In this document: positions 9,930-20,372 of the stretch, in pieces
How the letters are laid out: each line of letters begins with the position of its first letter
Position numbering within the stretch: the first letter of the stretch is position 1
IMG/VR virus record: IMGVR_UViG_3300045988_071280
Length of the DNA stretch: 64,000 nucleotides
DNA from: a virus
Reading direction: 5' to 3' (one strand)
The notes under the pieces: model-generated
Seen by the model: only the letters and a program-made list of their open reading frames with translations
Told to the model about the DNA's origin: nothing
The model's database searches: none
Translations under genes and position numbers: made by a program

Positions 9930-10259
9930 ATGAAAGAATATAACACTCCGTATGATGAGTTTGGTTGTGAACATGGTCCTGGATGGTATGGATTAGTTTA
10001 TCCTATTATATTTGATATAGAAGAATATAATAAGACTCATCCAGATAAATCACAACAAATAGAAATTTTTCAGATAAAACAGAAATTTGGAGAATTACAT
10101 ATTTACTTAGATAATGCTCCAGAAGATATTAAGAAAAAAGTTAGAAAGGCAGAAGAATTATCTAAGAAAATATGTGAAGTATGTGGTTCTCCTATAGATG
10201 TAGTTACATATTCTAAAAATGGATGGATACGTACTCGATGTAAGGATTGTAAAATTTAA
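9930..10259 (+). CDS. conserved phage protein with C-terminal zinc ribbon
   Basis: Contains an IKQKFGELHIY motif and CEVCGS...CKDC. Confidence 0.5.
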   Translation: MKEYNTPYDEFGCEHGPGWYGLVYPIIFDIEEYNKTHPDKSQQIEIFQIKQKFGELHIYLDNAPEDIKKKVRKAEELSKKICEVCGSPIDVVTYSKNGWIRTRCKDCKI

Positions 10260-10264
10260 AAATT

Positions 10265-10525
10265 ATGCCATACTATAGAATATTGATGAATGTACCATGT
10301 ACAAAACTTGCAGAAGTTGAGGTATATGCTAAATCTAAAGAAGAAATTATAGAATTCTTTGAACGTAATAGTTATATAGATAGAGATCCTGAACCAGAAG
10401 AGTATGGAGATATTGCGTATTATAATAGTATAGAAGATCTTGTAGAGGTATCTACTACCGTAGACACATACTATGATGAACTTATATATGAGGATCTTGA
10501 ATCTATAACAGAAATTTCAGATTGA
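10265..10525 (+). CDS. small acidic protein, paralogue A
   Basis: MPYYRILMNVPC...VYAKSKEEIIEFF is similar to the next ORF. Confidence 0.5.
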   Translation: MPYYRILMNVPCTKLAEVEVYAKSKEEIIEFFERNSYIDRDPEPEEYGDIAYYNSIEDLVEVSTTVDTYYDELIYEDLESITEISD

Positions 10526-10528
10526 TTT

Positions 10529-10780
10529 ATGCCATATTACGATATATCGTTAACCATTCCTTGTAATGTAAAAGTCTCAACTACTGTGTATGCAGAGTCC
10601 GAAGAAGAAATTAAATATTTCATAAATAAGGGCTATATAAATAGAAATACCACAAATATAATTGAAGATATTGGTAACTTTTATAATGCTTATGATTTAG
10701 TTGAGCTTGCTAATATAGTTGATATAGAACCAAACGCAATTGGAGAACAATATATAGATCGTATAGAAGAAGTAAACTAA
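10529..10780 (+). CDS. small acidic protein, paralogue B
   Basis: MPYYDISLTIPC...VYAESEEEIKYFI is a tandem duplicate of 10265..10525. Confidence 0.5.
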   Translation: MPYYDISLTIPCNVKVSTTVYAESEEEIKYFINKGYINRNTTNIIEDIGNFYNAYDLVELANIVDIEPNAIGEQYIDRIEEVN

Positions 10781-10827
10781 CACTATTCCATTCACGTAAC
10801 ATCTAATAAACTAGAATTAACCGTGCT

Positions 10828-10863
10828 TGTTTGTGTTATATTGTATAACAATATAAACAAACA
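10828..10863 (+). promoter_or_regulatory. extended hairpin immediately upstream of a start codon
   Basis: TGTTTGTGTTATATTGT / ACAATATAAACAAACA arms with one bulge. The hairpin ends 4 nt before ATG 10867. Confidence 0.3.
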
Positions 10864-10866
10864 TTA

Positions 10867-11523
10867 ATGGAAAAAATCTCAATCTCATTAGATCGTGAAT
10901 TAGATCTAATGACACAATATAATCTATCAGCCGAGGAATGGTGGATTATACAATTATTATTCCTCGCTCAGTATCCAGAGGGAAGGATAGATCCTTTAGA
11001 AAGATATAGTAAAATTGTAGGCGGATTTAAATATAATATAATTGAATCTCTTCAATCTAAAGGAGTATTAAAAAAGATGGTTATTAAAAAAGGAGATCAT
11101 TTTGAGATAGATGATTTACAGTTTAATTATGTAAAAGGTGAAGATAAGAAAACATATCCATTAGATATTCCATTCACTGCTAATTTTATTAAGTCCTATT
11201 TAAAACATTCTGGGGAATTAGGGAAGGAATTGTTCCTAGAATATCCAAGTTTTATATACATTAATAATTCTCCTGTAAATGCTCGTAGTATAACGACTGG
11301 GAATCATTTCGGATCTATGGAAGATTTCTTTTTCTTTTACGGAAAGACTATCAAATGGAATCCAACATTACATAGAGAAATAATTGACCTGCTACAATGG
11401 GGAAAAGAAAATGATATGATAAAAATGGGGATTTCTACATTCGTTATTAACCAATCATGGATTGCTTTAAAAGAGGCTAGGGATAAGGGTATGGGATCGG
11501 TGGATATAAATACTCTTATATGA
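10867..11523 (+). CDS. hypothetical protein (possible helicase-associated factor)
   Basis: 218-aa ORF whose stop overlaps the helicase ATG (ATGA). The function is inferred from position only. Confidence 0.5.
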   Translation: MEKISISLDRELDLMTQYNLSAEEWWIIQLLFLAQYPEGRIDPLERYSKIVGGFKYNIIESLQSKGVLKKMVIKKGDHFEIDDLQFNYVKGEDKKTYPLDIPFTANFIKSYLKHSGELGKELFLEYPSFIYINNSPVNARSITTGNHFGSMEDFFFFYGKTIKWNPTLHREIIDLLQWGKENDMIKMGISTFVINQSWIALKEARDKGMGSVDINTLI

Positions 11524-11666
11524 ATTTAATTGATTCTTTTTATCAAAAAGTAGAAGAAGGGAAGAAAGGGAATAATATGGGTATACCATCTGGATTTCCT
11601 AAATTGGATAAGTATATATATGGTATACAAAGAAGGTTTATGAGCACAGTTATTGCCGATTCGGGT
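11520..11666 (+). CDS. DnaB-like replicative helicase, exon 1 (49 codons)
   Basis: MNLIDSFYQKVEEGKKGNNMGIPSGFPKLDKYIYGIQRRFMSTVIADSG. It is too short for the ORF track and ends in the first half of Walker A. Confidence 0.8.
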
Positions 11667-11979
11667 AAATTAAGTGCCCCTATTTAATACAAATAAATAG
11701 AAAACCATTTGAATTGCTAGGAACTCGCGAAGATTTAGTAACTAAAACATCAGAAGAAATTCTAAATGTGAATGTTAAAAATACTAAATTATGTGATAAT
11801 TAGCAGCTAAGCTCCTAAGGATGTAATCTATGGAGAAAGTTCAACGACTATCTCGAAAGAGAGTAGGGCTAAGTAGCTCGAAGCGGATGGTATAATATTT
11901 TAATATTATAATGAAATAGTCTAATCTTACACGAAAGTGTAAGAGTATATATGGAAACGATATATACGTAATATAATTG
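11667..11979 (+). mobile_element. ORF-less group I intron in the helicase gene (313 nt)
   Basis: P1 pairs GGGT with GCCC. Q-like TTAGCAGC; R GTTCAACGACTATC near 11839; S GAAATAGTCT near 11913. The intron ends ...TAATATAATTG|GCAGGT. Confidence 0.8.
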
Positions 11980-12960
11980 GCAGGTAAGAGTTCTGTGGCC
12001 ATATTTATGTATATCTATAAACCTTTAGTTTATTCCTTAGAACATCCAGAGATACCTGTAAATATTCTCGCATTAAGCTTTGAAATGTCAAAAGAAGTAC
12101 TTCTCGCTAAACTTCTCTCTCTTTATATCCTTGATAAATATCATATTGATATTAGTTATTCTGAAATATTCTCATTAGATAAACCTGTTTCAGACGATAA
12201 ACTTAAATATATCTATGATGCTAGGGATTGGTTAACTAAAATAGATGATAAATTAACTATCTACGATACTCCTTTAAATTCTACTGGAGTATATAATATC
12301 CTCAGAACATGGGCTGGATATTTTGGGAAGTTTGAAACAGATGATAATGGTGAGAGGTATATAAAGAATGATAAAAATCAGTATTTAATAACAGTATTAG
12401 ATCATTGTAAGTTATTAAAGAATAATGGTTCCGGAATTAAGCATGAGATAGATGAAACAGCTAAACATTTTATTTATTACCGTAATTTGTGTGATATGAC
12501 AATATGTGCTGTTCAACAAGCTAATAGACAATTTAAATCTATGGATAGAAGAAATTCCGAACATAATTATCTCGAATTACAAGATGCTCAGGATACTGCG
12601 GACATGACACAAGCATCAGAAATTGTTATTGGTGTCTATCATCCATTCAGAGAGAAGAAGGCTAAGTGTGAAGGGTTTGATATTAAGAAATTACGAGATA
12701 ACTTTAGGTTGATCCAATTGCTTAAAGGACGATTTGGACAGTCTGATGTTGTTGAGGGTTGTATTTTCCAAGGAAGTATAGGATATTTCAAAGAATTAGA
12801 TCCTCCCGAAGATGGAAAGAGATTTGATTACGATAGAGTTCTGAGAATGGATTATTTATTCGAAGAATTTGATAATCAACAAAAGAAAAAAGAAGAGTTA
12901 GATAGAGTTATTAAAGAAGATGAAGAAGATGAAGTACTTGAATTTAATTTTAATGTATAA
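11980..12960 (+). CDS. DnaB-like replicative helicase, exon 2
   Basis: Splicing gives ADSG|AGKSS (Walker A), with VLDH (Walker B-like) downstream. The tracked TTG start at 11977 is an artefact. Confidence 0.8.
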   Translation, partial: AGKSSVAIFMYIYKPLVYSLEHPEIPVNILALSFEMSKEVLLAKLLSLYILDKYHIDISYSEIFSLDKPVSDDKLKYIYDARDWLTKIDDKLTIYDTPLNSTGVYNILRTWAGYFGKFETDDNGERYIKNDKNQYLITVLDHCKLLKNNGSGIKHEIDETAKHFIYYRNLCDMTICAVQQANRQFKSMDRRNSEHNYLELQDAQDTADMTQASEIVIGVYHPFREKKAKCEGFDIKKLRDNFRLIQLLKGRFGQSDVVEGCIFQGSIGYFKELDPPEDGKRFDYDRVLRMDYLFEEFDNQQKKKEELDRVIKEDEEDEVLEFNFNV

Positions 12961-13845
12961 ATGGCTATAGTATTACCAACAAGTAAAATACAACCAACAG
13001 AAACTGAACCTAGGGTATTAGTTATATTCTCGAAGCCAAAATCTGGGAAATCTACAGCTCTAAGCTTATTAGATAATAATTTAATACTAGATACAGAAGG
13101 AGGAACAGCGTATATTGAAGCATTAAAAGTAGATGTTTCCTCAGTTAAAGATATATTAGAAGTATGTAAACAAATTAAAGCAGCAGGATATCCTTATAAA
13201 TACATAACTCTAGATACCTTAACTTCTTTAGAGGAAATTCTACAACCGTATGCTTTAAATCTATGGAAGAAATCTAATGCATATAATCCAGAAAAGAATC
13301 CGGAACAATTAAAAGTAACTGATGTATATACTTTACCCTTTGGATTAGGGCAGAAGTATATGAGAGATTCATATTTAGCAGTAATCGGATTATTACAACA
13401 AGTATGTAAGAGAATTATTCTAGTATGTCATTCAAAAGATGCGAAAATAAATGAGAATGAATTAACTATAAAAGATATTGATTTAGCTGGAAAGTTATCT
13501 GATATTATTGCATCTAAATATGATGGAGCTGGATATTTGTATAGGGATAAAGATGATAATACTATTATTACTTTTGATATAAAACAACTTGCAGCAGAAT
13601 GTAAATGTAGAGTCCCTAGATTAGATGGTAAGAAGTTTGTATTAATCGAGAATCGAGATGGAAAATTAATACCTCATTGGGATCGTATTTATTCTTCCGA
13701 ACCCTATAGTGGAGAAGATGTAATTACTACTCCTCAGATTAATGTTGCAGATATTTCAGATGAAATAGAATTTAACAAAGAAGATCAATCTGAAAATTCT
13801 AATACATCCGAAGAGAAATCTGAAGTAGTGAACTTTCAAATATAG
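12961..13845 (+). CDS. AAA_24 / Sak4-like ATPase
   Basis: VLVIFSKPKSGKSTALSLL..LILDTEGG resembles the phage AAA_24 family. Confidence 0.65.
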   Translation: MAIVLPTSKIQPTETEPRVLVIFSKPKSGKSTALSLLDNNLILDTEGGTAYIEALKVDVSSVKDILEVCKQIKAAGYPYKYITLDTLTSLEEILQPYALNLWKKSNAYNPEKNPEQLKVTDVYTLPFGLGQKYMRDSYLAVIGLLQQVCKRIILVCHSKDAKINENELTIKDIDLAGKLSDIIASKYDGAGYLYRDKDDNTIITFDIKQLAAECKCRVPRLDGKKFVLIENRDGKLIPHWDRIYSSEPYSGEDVITTPQINVADISDEIEFNKEDQSENSNTSEEKSEVVNFQI

Positions 13846-13854
13846 AATTATAAA

Positions 13855-14541
13855 ATGGAAATAGAACTTAATCTTGTAGTTACTCTATCAGATAATTTAA
13901 AAGTTACTGGAGTTAGAATTAATAAACCATCTAACTCTTTTGAAGAAGCAGCTTCTAAAACTATTGCTGTAGTAACTCCTAAAAGATCTAAATCTAAAAA
14001 AGATCAGGATACAATAGTTCTGGAAGATAATAAACTAGTATTAACTCAGAAATTATTAGATATAATTAATGCTGAACCAGGAGATAGATTACTAGTCTCT
14101 TTTAAAGAAGAGAATGGTATTTACTTTCCAGTAATTGCTAAATCAGAAGTTTTTGCGGATCCAGAATCTGGAAATAAATTAACTAAAAGTCTTACTCTTT
14201 CTTATAGAGGAAAACAGAGAGAACAGTTATTAATCTATGGTACAAAATTTAGATTCGAGGAAACTTCCGAAAATTCTAAAACATGTAAATTAATTGGAGA
14301 TAAAGAAGTTAAAGCAGATGATAAAGTTATTAAATCTAATAAAGATATTGTAACTTTTGATTCTGATGAATCGGAAGATGATACAAAGAAAACTTATACA
14401 AGGGAATTAAAAACTCCTTTTGAAGTTACTTTGGAAGATGAGGGAGATTATGAAATTCCAACAGATCTTAAAAACTTAGATTTAGAGGGATTAGAAGAAA
14501 TAAATCTAGATGATAAAACACTTTTTAATTTAACTAATTAA
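13855..14541 (+). CDS. hypothetical acidic protein
   Basis: 228-aa ORF with an acidic C-terminal half. Confidence 0.5.
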   Translation: MEIELNLVVTLSDNLKVTGVRINKPSNSFEEAASKTIAVVTPKRSKSKKDQDTIVLEDNKLVLTQKLLDIINAEPGDRLLVSFKEENGIYFPVIAKSEVFADPESGNKLTKSLTLSYRGKQREQLLIYGTKFRFEETSENSKTCKLIGDKEVKADDKVIKSNKDIVTFDSDESEDDTKKTYTRELKTPFEVTLEDEGDYEIPTDLKNLDLEGLEEINLDDKTLFNLTN

Positions 14542-14555
14542 TTTATTTAAACATT

Positions 14556-15281
14556 ATGGCACTAAATTTTGGAGCAGATTTTAACAACGCAGGAGAACAC
14601 ACATTAGCTAAAGGAAGTTATTTACAAGGTGATAAAATTCACATTGTTAAATTAAAAGAAGCGAAAGCTGATAGACAAAAATTAAAAGATGGAAGGGAAG
14701 TAGATACTATCAACGTAGTATTTGAGGATGAAAATGGAGCAACTTTTGAAGATAGAACCTTTGAATTAACACAAGACTCTATTGAAAGAAAAACATTCGA
14801 GTGGGGAACTTCTGCGTCTATGTATGATTCCGCAGTATTAAAGTTCCGGTGTTATATTGAACACTTCGCACCTAAATATAATGAAAAACTAATTAAAGGA
14901 GAAGTAAAACTTGAAATGAAGAGCTGGAAACAATTCCGGGATTCGATGGTTGCAATTCTCCAAGCTGTTATTAAACAGAAAACTCCTGTATGGTGTAAAC
15001 TTAAATTAATTAAGAATAGCTCAGGATTTGCTAGTCTTCCTTTCTTTGCAGCAGTAGATAAAGAAGGAAATGCGTATGTAAACAATAACTTTATCGGCAA
15101 TGTAGAAATTTTGAAACAACAAGATAGGGATATTGCATTTACTGCTTCTGAAATCAAGAAGATTAGAGCTAGAGAAGAAGCTTCTTCTGGAACTACTACT
15201 TCCACAGAAGAATTAATTTCTTCTAATCCGGAGGAAATTTCGGATATTAATATGGAAGATTTTGAAAATATGACTCTGTAA
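14556..15281 (+). CDS. DUF669-like putative ssDNA-binding protein
   Basis: N-terminus MALNFGADF..., position directly after the AAA_24 ATPase, and an acidic C-terminal tail (DINMEDFENMTL). Confidence 0.4.
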   Translation: MALNFGADFNNAGEHTLAKGSYLQGDKIHIVKLKEAKADRQKLKDGREVDTINVVFEDENGATFEDRTFELTQDSIERKTFEWGTSASMYDSAVLKFRCYIEHFAPKYNEKLIKGEVKLEMKSWKQFRDSMVAILQAVIKQKTPVWCKLKLIKNSSGFASLPFFAAVDKEGNAYVNNNFIGNVEILKQQDRDIAFTASEIKKIRAREEASSGTTTSTEELISSNPEEISDINMEDFENMTL

Positions 15282-16342
15282 TGGGAGTTAACCTCAGTAA
15301 AGTAGATGTTTCTAGTCCTCCTTTAATAGCTGATTACGATTCCATGTTCTCTGAGAAGTTAACTCAAGAATTATTACTTAGATATAATTCAGAAGAAACT
15401 TATATGGAACATTATTTGGGAATTCCAGTTAAAAAAGGGTTATTTAAGTCCCCACTTAGAAAAGATAATACTCCTACATGTGCATTTTTTAGAGATAGTG
15501 CAGGAAGGCTCGTATTTAAAGATTTTAGGGGCGATTTTTATGGAAATTTTATTGAGGTAGTTAAGTATAAATATAATGTTTCTTATTCTAAAGCGTTAGC
15601 AATTATTGCTAATGACTTTGGGATAAGAAAAAATATTAACTTTCCAGTTAATAAATCTTGTATAAAAGAATATACTAATTCGAAATTTGAAAAGACAGAA
15701 GGATCTATTATTAAAGTTAAAGTTAAGGATTTTACGGAAGAGGAATTAAAATGGTGGGGAAAATTTGGAATAAGTCTGAATACTTTAAAGAAATTCTTTG
15801 TATTTTCCTTAGAACTAGTATATTTAAATAATGAAATATTCTCATTTAGCACCTCTAAAAAGTTTCAGTTTGGGTATTACTATCCTACTAAGGACAAAGA
15901 GAAGCAATTGTGGAAAATTTACTACCCAATGAATAAAAAGTATCGCTTCATAACTAATTATAAGAAAAGTATAATTCAAGGTATTCATAACATGCCGAAG
16001 AATGGAGAATATTTAGTAATAACTAAATCTCTTAAAGATGTTATGTGTTTATATGAACTTGGGATACCTGCAATTGCACCTAATTCAGAAAATCAGTTTG
16101 TGAGTGATATTTTATATTCTAAATTAAAAGAAAGATTTAAGAAAATATTCTTGTTTTATGATTCTGATTTAGCTGGGATTAGTAATATGAATAAAATTAG
16201 AAAGAAATTTTCTGATATACTTCCTATATATATTCCGAGGAGATATAAGGCTAAAGATATATCAGATTTCTATTCTAAATATGGAAGTTTAAAGACTTTC
16301 GACTTAATAGAAAATACGAAAAGGTTATATTTAAATGGATAA
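15281..16342 (+). CDS. DNA primase (Toprim domain)
   Basis: LVITKSLKDVMCLYELGIPAIAPNSEN and FLFYDSDLAG are Toprim-type motifs. Confidence 0.6.
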   Translation: MGVNLSKVDVSSPPLIADYDSMFSEKLTQELLLRYNSEETYMEHYLGIPVKKGLFKSPLRKDNTPTCAFFRDSAGRLVFKDFRGDFYGNFIEVVKYKYNVSYSKALAIIANDFGIRKNINFPVNKSCIKEYTNSKFEKTEGSIIKVKVKDFTEEELKWWGKFGISLNTLKKFFVFSLELVYLNNEIFSFSTSKKFQFGYYYPTKDKEKQLWKIYYPMNKKYRFITNYKKSIIQGIHNMPKNGEYLVITKSLKDVMCLYELGIPAIAPNSENQFVSDILYSKLKERFKKIFLFYDSDLAGISNMNKIRKKFSDILPIYIPRRYKAKDISDFYSKYGSLKTFDLIENTKRLYLNG

Positions 16343-16529
16343 AGTACAAAAAATAGAATTAGAAGAATGTATAGTTGATATAGATGCTGCTTTACATAGT
16401 ATTTCTAATTTTAGAAACAAATATCATGATAGTGTTTTTAATACCTTAGAGATAATACATTATCTTGACCTAATAAAAATATATACTAATTCTTTAAAAC
16501 ATCTCCTAAAAAATTCAGTAGAAGAATAA
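16335..16529 (+). CDS. hypothetical protein
   Basis: 64-aa ORF overlapping the primase stop. Confidence 0.4.
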   Translation: MDKVQKIELEECIVDIDAALHSISNFRNKYHDSVFNTLEIIHYLDLIKIYTNSLKHLLKNSVEE

Positions 16530-16567
16530 CAAATATTTAATACATAGAGAAAGATTTAAAGTAATTT

Positions 16568-17068
16568 ATGAAAGATTTAAAAATCATCTGTGATATAGAT
16601 GGAATAGTTGCAGATTTTATGGGACATTATAAAAAATGGTTTAATGTAGATACATATCCATCTAGATTACAAGAGTATGCAATATTAAAAAACGTATATA
16701 ATTTAAGGAATAATAAGAAATTTTGGACAACCGTTCCTAAATTAAGAGATATTAATTTCCCTATAGTTGCTTATTGTACTAAAAGAATTAATTCTAAATC
16801 ATATACTAAGGAATGGATAATTAAAAATAATCTTCCTGATAAACCTATTTATCAAATGGTATGTTATTCAGGTAATAAATCGAGGTTGATTAAGGGGAAA
16901 TGTGATGTATTTATTGAAGATTCTATAGCTAATTTTATAGAGTGTAATAAATCCGGAGTATTTACATTATTACTGACTACTCCAGAGAATAAATATTACG
17001 ATACTCCTCTTAGAATTGATTCATTAAATTACCTAGATATTATAAATAAATATGAAGAATATAATTGA
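16568..17068 (+). CDS. 5'(3')-deoxyribonucleotidase (HAD superfamily)
   Basis: N-terminal ICDIDGIVADF (DxDG motif) and a length typical of NT5C-like enzymes. Confidence 0.6.
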   Translation: MKDLKIICDIDGIVADFMGHYKKWFNVDTYPSRLQEYAILKNVYNLRNNKKFWTTVPKLRDINFPIVAYCTKRINSKSYTKEWIIKNNLPDKPIYQMVCYSGNKSRLIKGKCDVFIEDSIANFIECNKSGVFTLLLTTPENKYYDTPLRIDSLNYLDIINKYEEYN

Positions 17069-17513
17069 ATATAAAAACGAATATGAATCGAGCATAAATA
17101 GTGCTATTTTACGATGTTTAAATACTTGTACTTCTACTAATGATAAAGAGGGATTTTTAAGTCTTATATATTATCTCAAAGAAAAGTATGAAGTCGAAAT
17201 GTATGATATTGAATACTATATTCTGTGTGCATTTCAAAATGATTCAATAGATAGAGTTCTAGGAAATGTATATGAGAGTATATTTAATGAAATAATTAAG
17301 AGTTTATTAGATGATGATGCTTGTGATATATGCAATTTCATAAGTTATCATATTTCAAATATTAATTCCGAGTTTGGATTATCTATAGAATATTTTACAT
17401 ACGAAAATTTTTTAGAGGGAAGAAAGTTCTTTTTTAGTTTAGAAGAACTTCTTCCAGATATTACTATACATGAAACTATAGATGGAGAACTGCAAGATAG
17501 AACTAATATCTAA
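17052..17513 (+). CDS. hypothetical protein
   Basis: 153-aa ORF in the operon. Confidence 0.45.
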   Translation: MKNIIEYKNEYESSINSAILRCLNTCTSTNDKEGFLSLIYYLKEKYEVEMYDIEYYILCAFQNDSIDRVLGNVYESIFNEIIKSLLDDDACDICNFISYHISNINSEFGLSIEYFTYENFLEGRKFFFSLEELLPDITIHETIDGELQDRTNI

Positions 17514-18276
17514 AGAAGTATTATCTAAATTTAAGATAAAAATATTATCAATAAATAGTTTAGATATAACTGATGAAGTATATTTTTCTGATAAATATTC
17601 TAATTATATATCTAATTCTAAATTAAAACTGATAAATCCTAATGAAGGAGGATCATTTAAAACATATTTAGAAGGATTAAAATCTAAATTTACCGGATCT
17701 TTAGATTTAGGATCGGCGGTTCATGAGTTAATTCTACAAAATGAATCGTTTGAATTAAATTCTTATACCAAATTATCTGGTAAAATTGGGAAAGTTATAG
17801 AGGTTGTATTTAAATATAGAAATAAGGGATATTCCATATTAAATGCAATTCGAAAAGCTTCCGAAGAAGTTTCTTATTACATATCTCAATTAACTGATAC
17901 AAGAATATCTAATATAATCTCATCTGGATTTAAATATTATCTTTATTTATATAAAAATAAAGATGTTAAATATGATAAAGAACAAATAATCTTGGATGAG
18001 AAATCTAGGGAAACTTGTATAAAATGTGTAGATTCTATTAGAAGAAATTCTGATGCAATGAATCTCCTTTCCCCAGATGAATTTTCATTAGATCAGTATT
18101 TAAATAAGAATGAGGATACTATTATAATAGAAATTTTAGTATCATTTCCTAATAGTTTAAATAATCCAAATGCACCCATTGTTGAGATTCCTTTAAAACT
18201 AAAAGCTAAGATAGATAATTGGAATTTAAATATAAATGAAGGTATTCTTAATTTAAATGATTTAAAGACTACTGGT
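17482..18276 (+). CDS. PD-(D/E)XK exonuclease (RecE/DUF3799-like), exon 1
   Basis: YISNSKLKLIN...LDLGSAVHELILQ, with the ORF breaking in LNDLKTTG| (D-x-K-T-G nuclease motif). Confidence 0.6.
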
Positions 18277-19551
18277 AAGTAAATTTTTTTTATTGTATTT
18301 TATTTGTTTTATTTCATTAAATGTATTTAATTTGTATATTATTAAATAATACAATAAAAATACATTTATGAATAATTTAAATCAAGCTATTAGTGATTAT
18401 GAACATTTATTTATAGGAATTTGTGAATTAAGTAAAAAATATAAAATTCCTAATAAAGAAATTAGAAAAGCGTTAGAAGATAAAGGATATTATTTAGGAA
18501 AAGGAGTATCTCCAAAAAGTGTTGTGCATATTAAACTTGCAGTAGAGGAATATAAAAATATTCTTAATGCTGGTGAAGAACCTAATATTCATCAACTGGC
18601 ATTAAAGTATGATATTTCCGATACGTCTATAAAAGACAATTTAATTAGATTAAATCTTCCTGTTGTAAGATACCCTAAAAAAATCCATTTTGATGAACAT
18701 GTCTTTGATGTTATAGATACTGAAGAAAAAGCATATTGGCTAGGATTTTTAACTGCTGATGGGTATATTTGTAGTAGAGATAATACATTTGGAATTGGTC
18801 TAGCTAGTATAGATAAGCATCATGTAGAAAAATATGCCACATTTCTTAAATGTCCTCAACATGTTAAATTTAAGAATAACGAACATGCTGGAATATATAG
18901 ATGTGATTTAGGAAACGCTCATGTAAAGCAAGTATTACAAAAATATGGATTTACTGCTTCTAAATCTTTTGACTGTACCTTTTTAAAAGACCAGTTTTTT
19001 GCAAATTCCGATTTAATAAGACATTATATTAGAGGATATTTTGATGGAGATGGCTGTGTCAGTTATAAAAAAAAGTATAGAAAAACAATTAATGCCACTA
19101 TTTATATTCCGATAGTTTCTATAGTTGGAACAGAAGCTTTTTTACAAGAATTAAGAAATAAATCAAGTTTAATTTGTCTTTTTCAGTCACAACAAAATTT
19201 ATGGAATTTATATGGATCTGGAAAAAAGGCAAAAGATTTTCTTTATTACATTTATAATAACGCTACTATTTATCTAGATAGAAAATACAATATTTATAAA
19301 AATTATATTGCCCCACACTTAGAGAAATCGAGTGTTCCGCAGTGGCCAATATCGGTAGATACTGAAATGTAAATACCGAGATAAATTCAGAGATCACGAA
19401 AGGCTCTGAATCATCGTAACGCGTAGAAGGTGAATAAATATAATCCTTCCAAGAGTGGCTGCCACCTTAAAGGGTGAAAATGTACGCTGAACTATATCGA
19501 ATAACAAGATATAGAAATAAAGGATAAAAAGCCTTTATGATAACAAAATTG
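18277..19551 (+). mobile_element. group I-like intron, family 2 (about 1275 nt), carrying a LAGLIDADG endonuclease
   Basis: Structured 3' region 19373-19551 with ATCGTAACGCGTAGAA / GTACGCTGAACTAT pairing (GCGTA/TACGC) and hairpins that covary with the intron at 22754-24063. Ends ...TAACAAAATTG|AAACCA. The 5' site is set by phase and the shared TGGT|AAA junction. Confidence 0.65.
18368..19372 (+). CDS. LAGLIDADG homing endonuclease
   Basis: IDTEEKAYWLGFLTADGYI and IRGYFDGDGCVSY. Homologous to 22855..23910. Confidence 0.85.
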   Translation: MNNLNQAISDYEHLFIGICELSKKYKIPNKEIRKALEDKGYYLGKGVSPKSVVHIKLAVEEYKNILNAGEEPNIHQLALKYDISDTSIKDNLIRLNLPVVRYPKKIHFDEHVFDVIDTEEKAYWLGFLTADGYICSRDNTFGIGLASIDKHHVEKYATFLKCPQHVKFKNNEHAGIYRCDLGNAHVKQVLQKYGFTASKSFDCTFLKDQFFANSDLIRHYIRGYFDGDGCVSYKKKYRKTINATIYIPIVSIVGTEAFLQELRNKSSLICLFQSQQNLWNLYGSGKKAKDFLYYIYNNATIYLDRKYNIYKNYIAPHLEKSSVPQWPISVDTEM

Positions 19552-19863
19552 AAACCATGGTATTTATTCCCAGGATCTATAGTAAATGAAACTGGAGAAT
19601 TTGTTGAAGGGTCCTTCCAGCATTATCATTATTATCGCCAATTAGGTATGTATTACTGGATGTTATTATCTTATTTAAATTCTGAGAATTATGTAGTATC
19701 TAAATCATATTTAAATATTATATCAGTGCAAACTATTCCTAATTATTCTACTGTAGTATTTAGAATCCCGAATAAATGGTTTATTAAAGGATTAAAAGAA
19801 TTTAAAACATTATTATCTTACGCAGCTTATGCTGAATATAATAAAGAAAAAATATTATCATGA
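19552..19863 (+). CDS. PD-(D/E)XK exonuclease, exon 2
   Basis: Continues KPWYLFPGS...QHYHYYRQLGMYYW in phase 0. The tracked ATG at 19537 lies inside the intron. Confidence 0.6.
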   Translation, partial: KPWYLFPGSIVNETGEFVEGSFQHYHYYRQLGMYYWMLLSYLNSENYVVSKSYLNIISVQTIPNYSTVVFRIPNKWFIKGLKEFKTLLSYAAYAEYNKEKILS

Positions 19864-20267
19864 TTCCATATAGAGATGATGTTTTAATATCAGAACAAAT
19901 AGTACAAGATTTAGTCAATCAGTTTAATAACTTAACTCAAGAAGAAAAAGAAAGATTTTTTAAAAAGGTTTTATGTATTGGTTCTTTAGCTGTAGACTCT
20001 TTAGATACTGTTACAGCTTTAATATCTATACTTATTGCTATATATAGAAAATATGCTGAGAAGCATCCGGATGTTTCTATAGAGAAGTTTACTAAAGCAT
20101 TTTTAAAAGATACTATATCTACCTATGATGATTCATGGATGGAGAATTTTTTACCTTTATGTAAAGCCATTACAGATTGTAAAAAAGTAAATCTGTGTGG
20201 GGCAAAGAATCTTGAGGAATGTAAATCTAAGATAAATAGTGTATTAGATAAACTACTTCCATTTTAA
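19860..20267 (+). CDS. hypothetical protein
   Basis: 135-aa ORF with an ATGA overlap with the previous gene. Confidence 0.5.
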   Translation: MIPYRDDVLISEQIVQDLVNQFNNLTQEEKERFFKKVLCIGSLAVDSLDTVTALISILIAIYRKYAEKHPDVSIEKFTKAFLKDTISTYDDSWMENFLPLCKAITDCKKVNLCGAKNLEECKSKINSVLDKLLPF

Positions 20268-20341
20268 TATAGGAGTATCACTACTTTAGATAAAAACAAT
20301 ACCTCACTAGAAATTATTAATAAATTTTTAGTGATTAATAT

Positions 20342-20372
20342 TTTGATAACATTAAAAATCCCCTTATCTTTG
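20342..20372 (+). promoter_or_regulatory. Bacteroidota sigma-A type promoter (-33 TTTG / -7 TAnnTTTG)
   Basis: TTTG 20342-20345, a 19-nt spacer, then TATCTTTG 20365-20372, within the 170-nt non-coding gap upstream of 20438. Confidence 0.55.
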
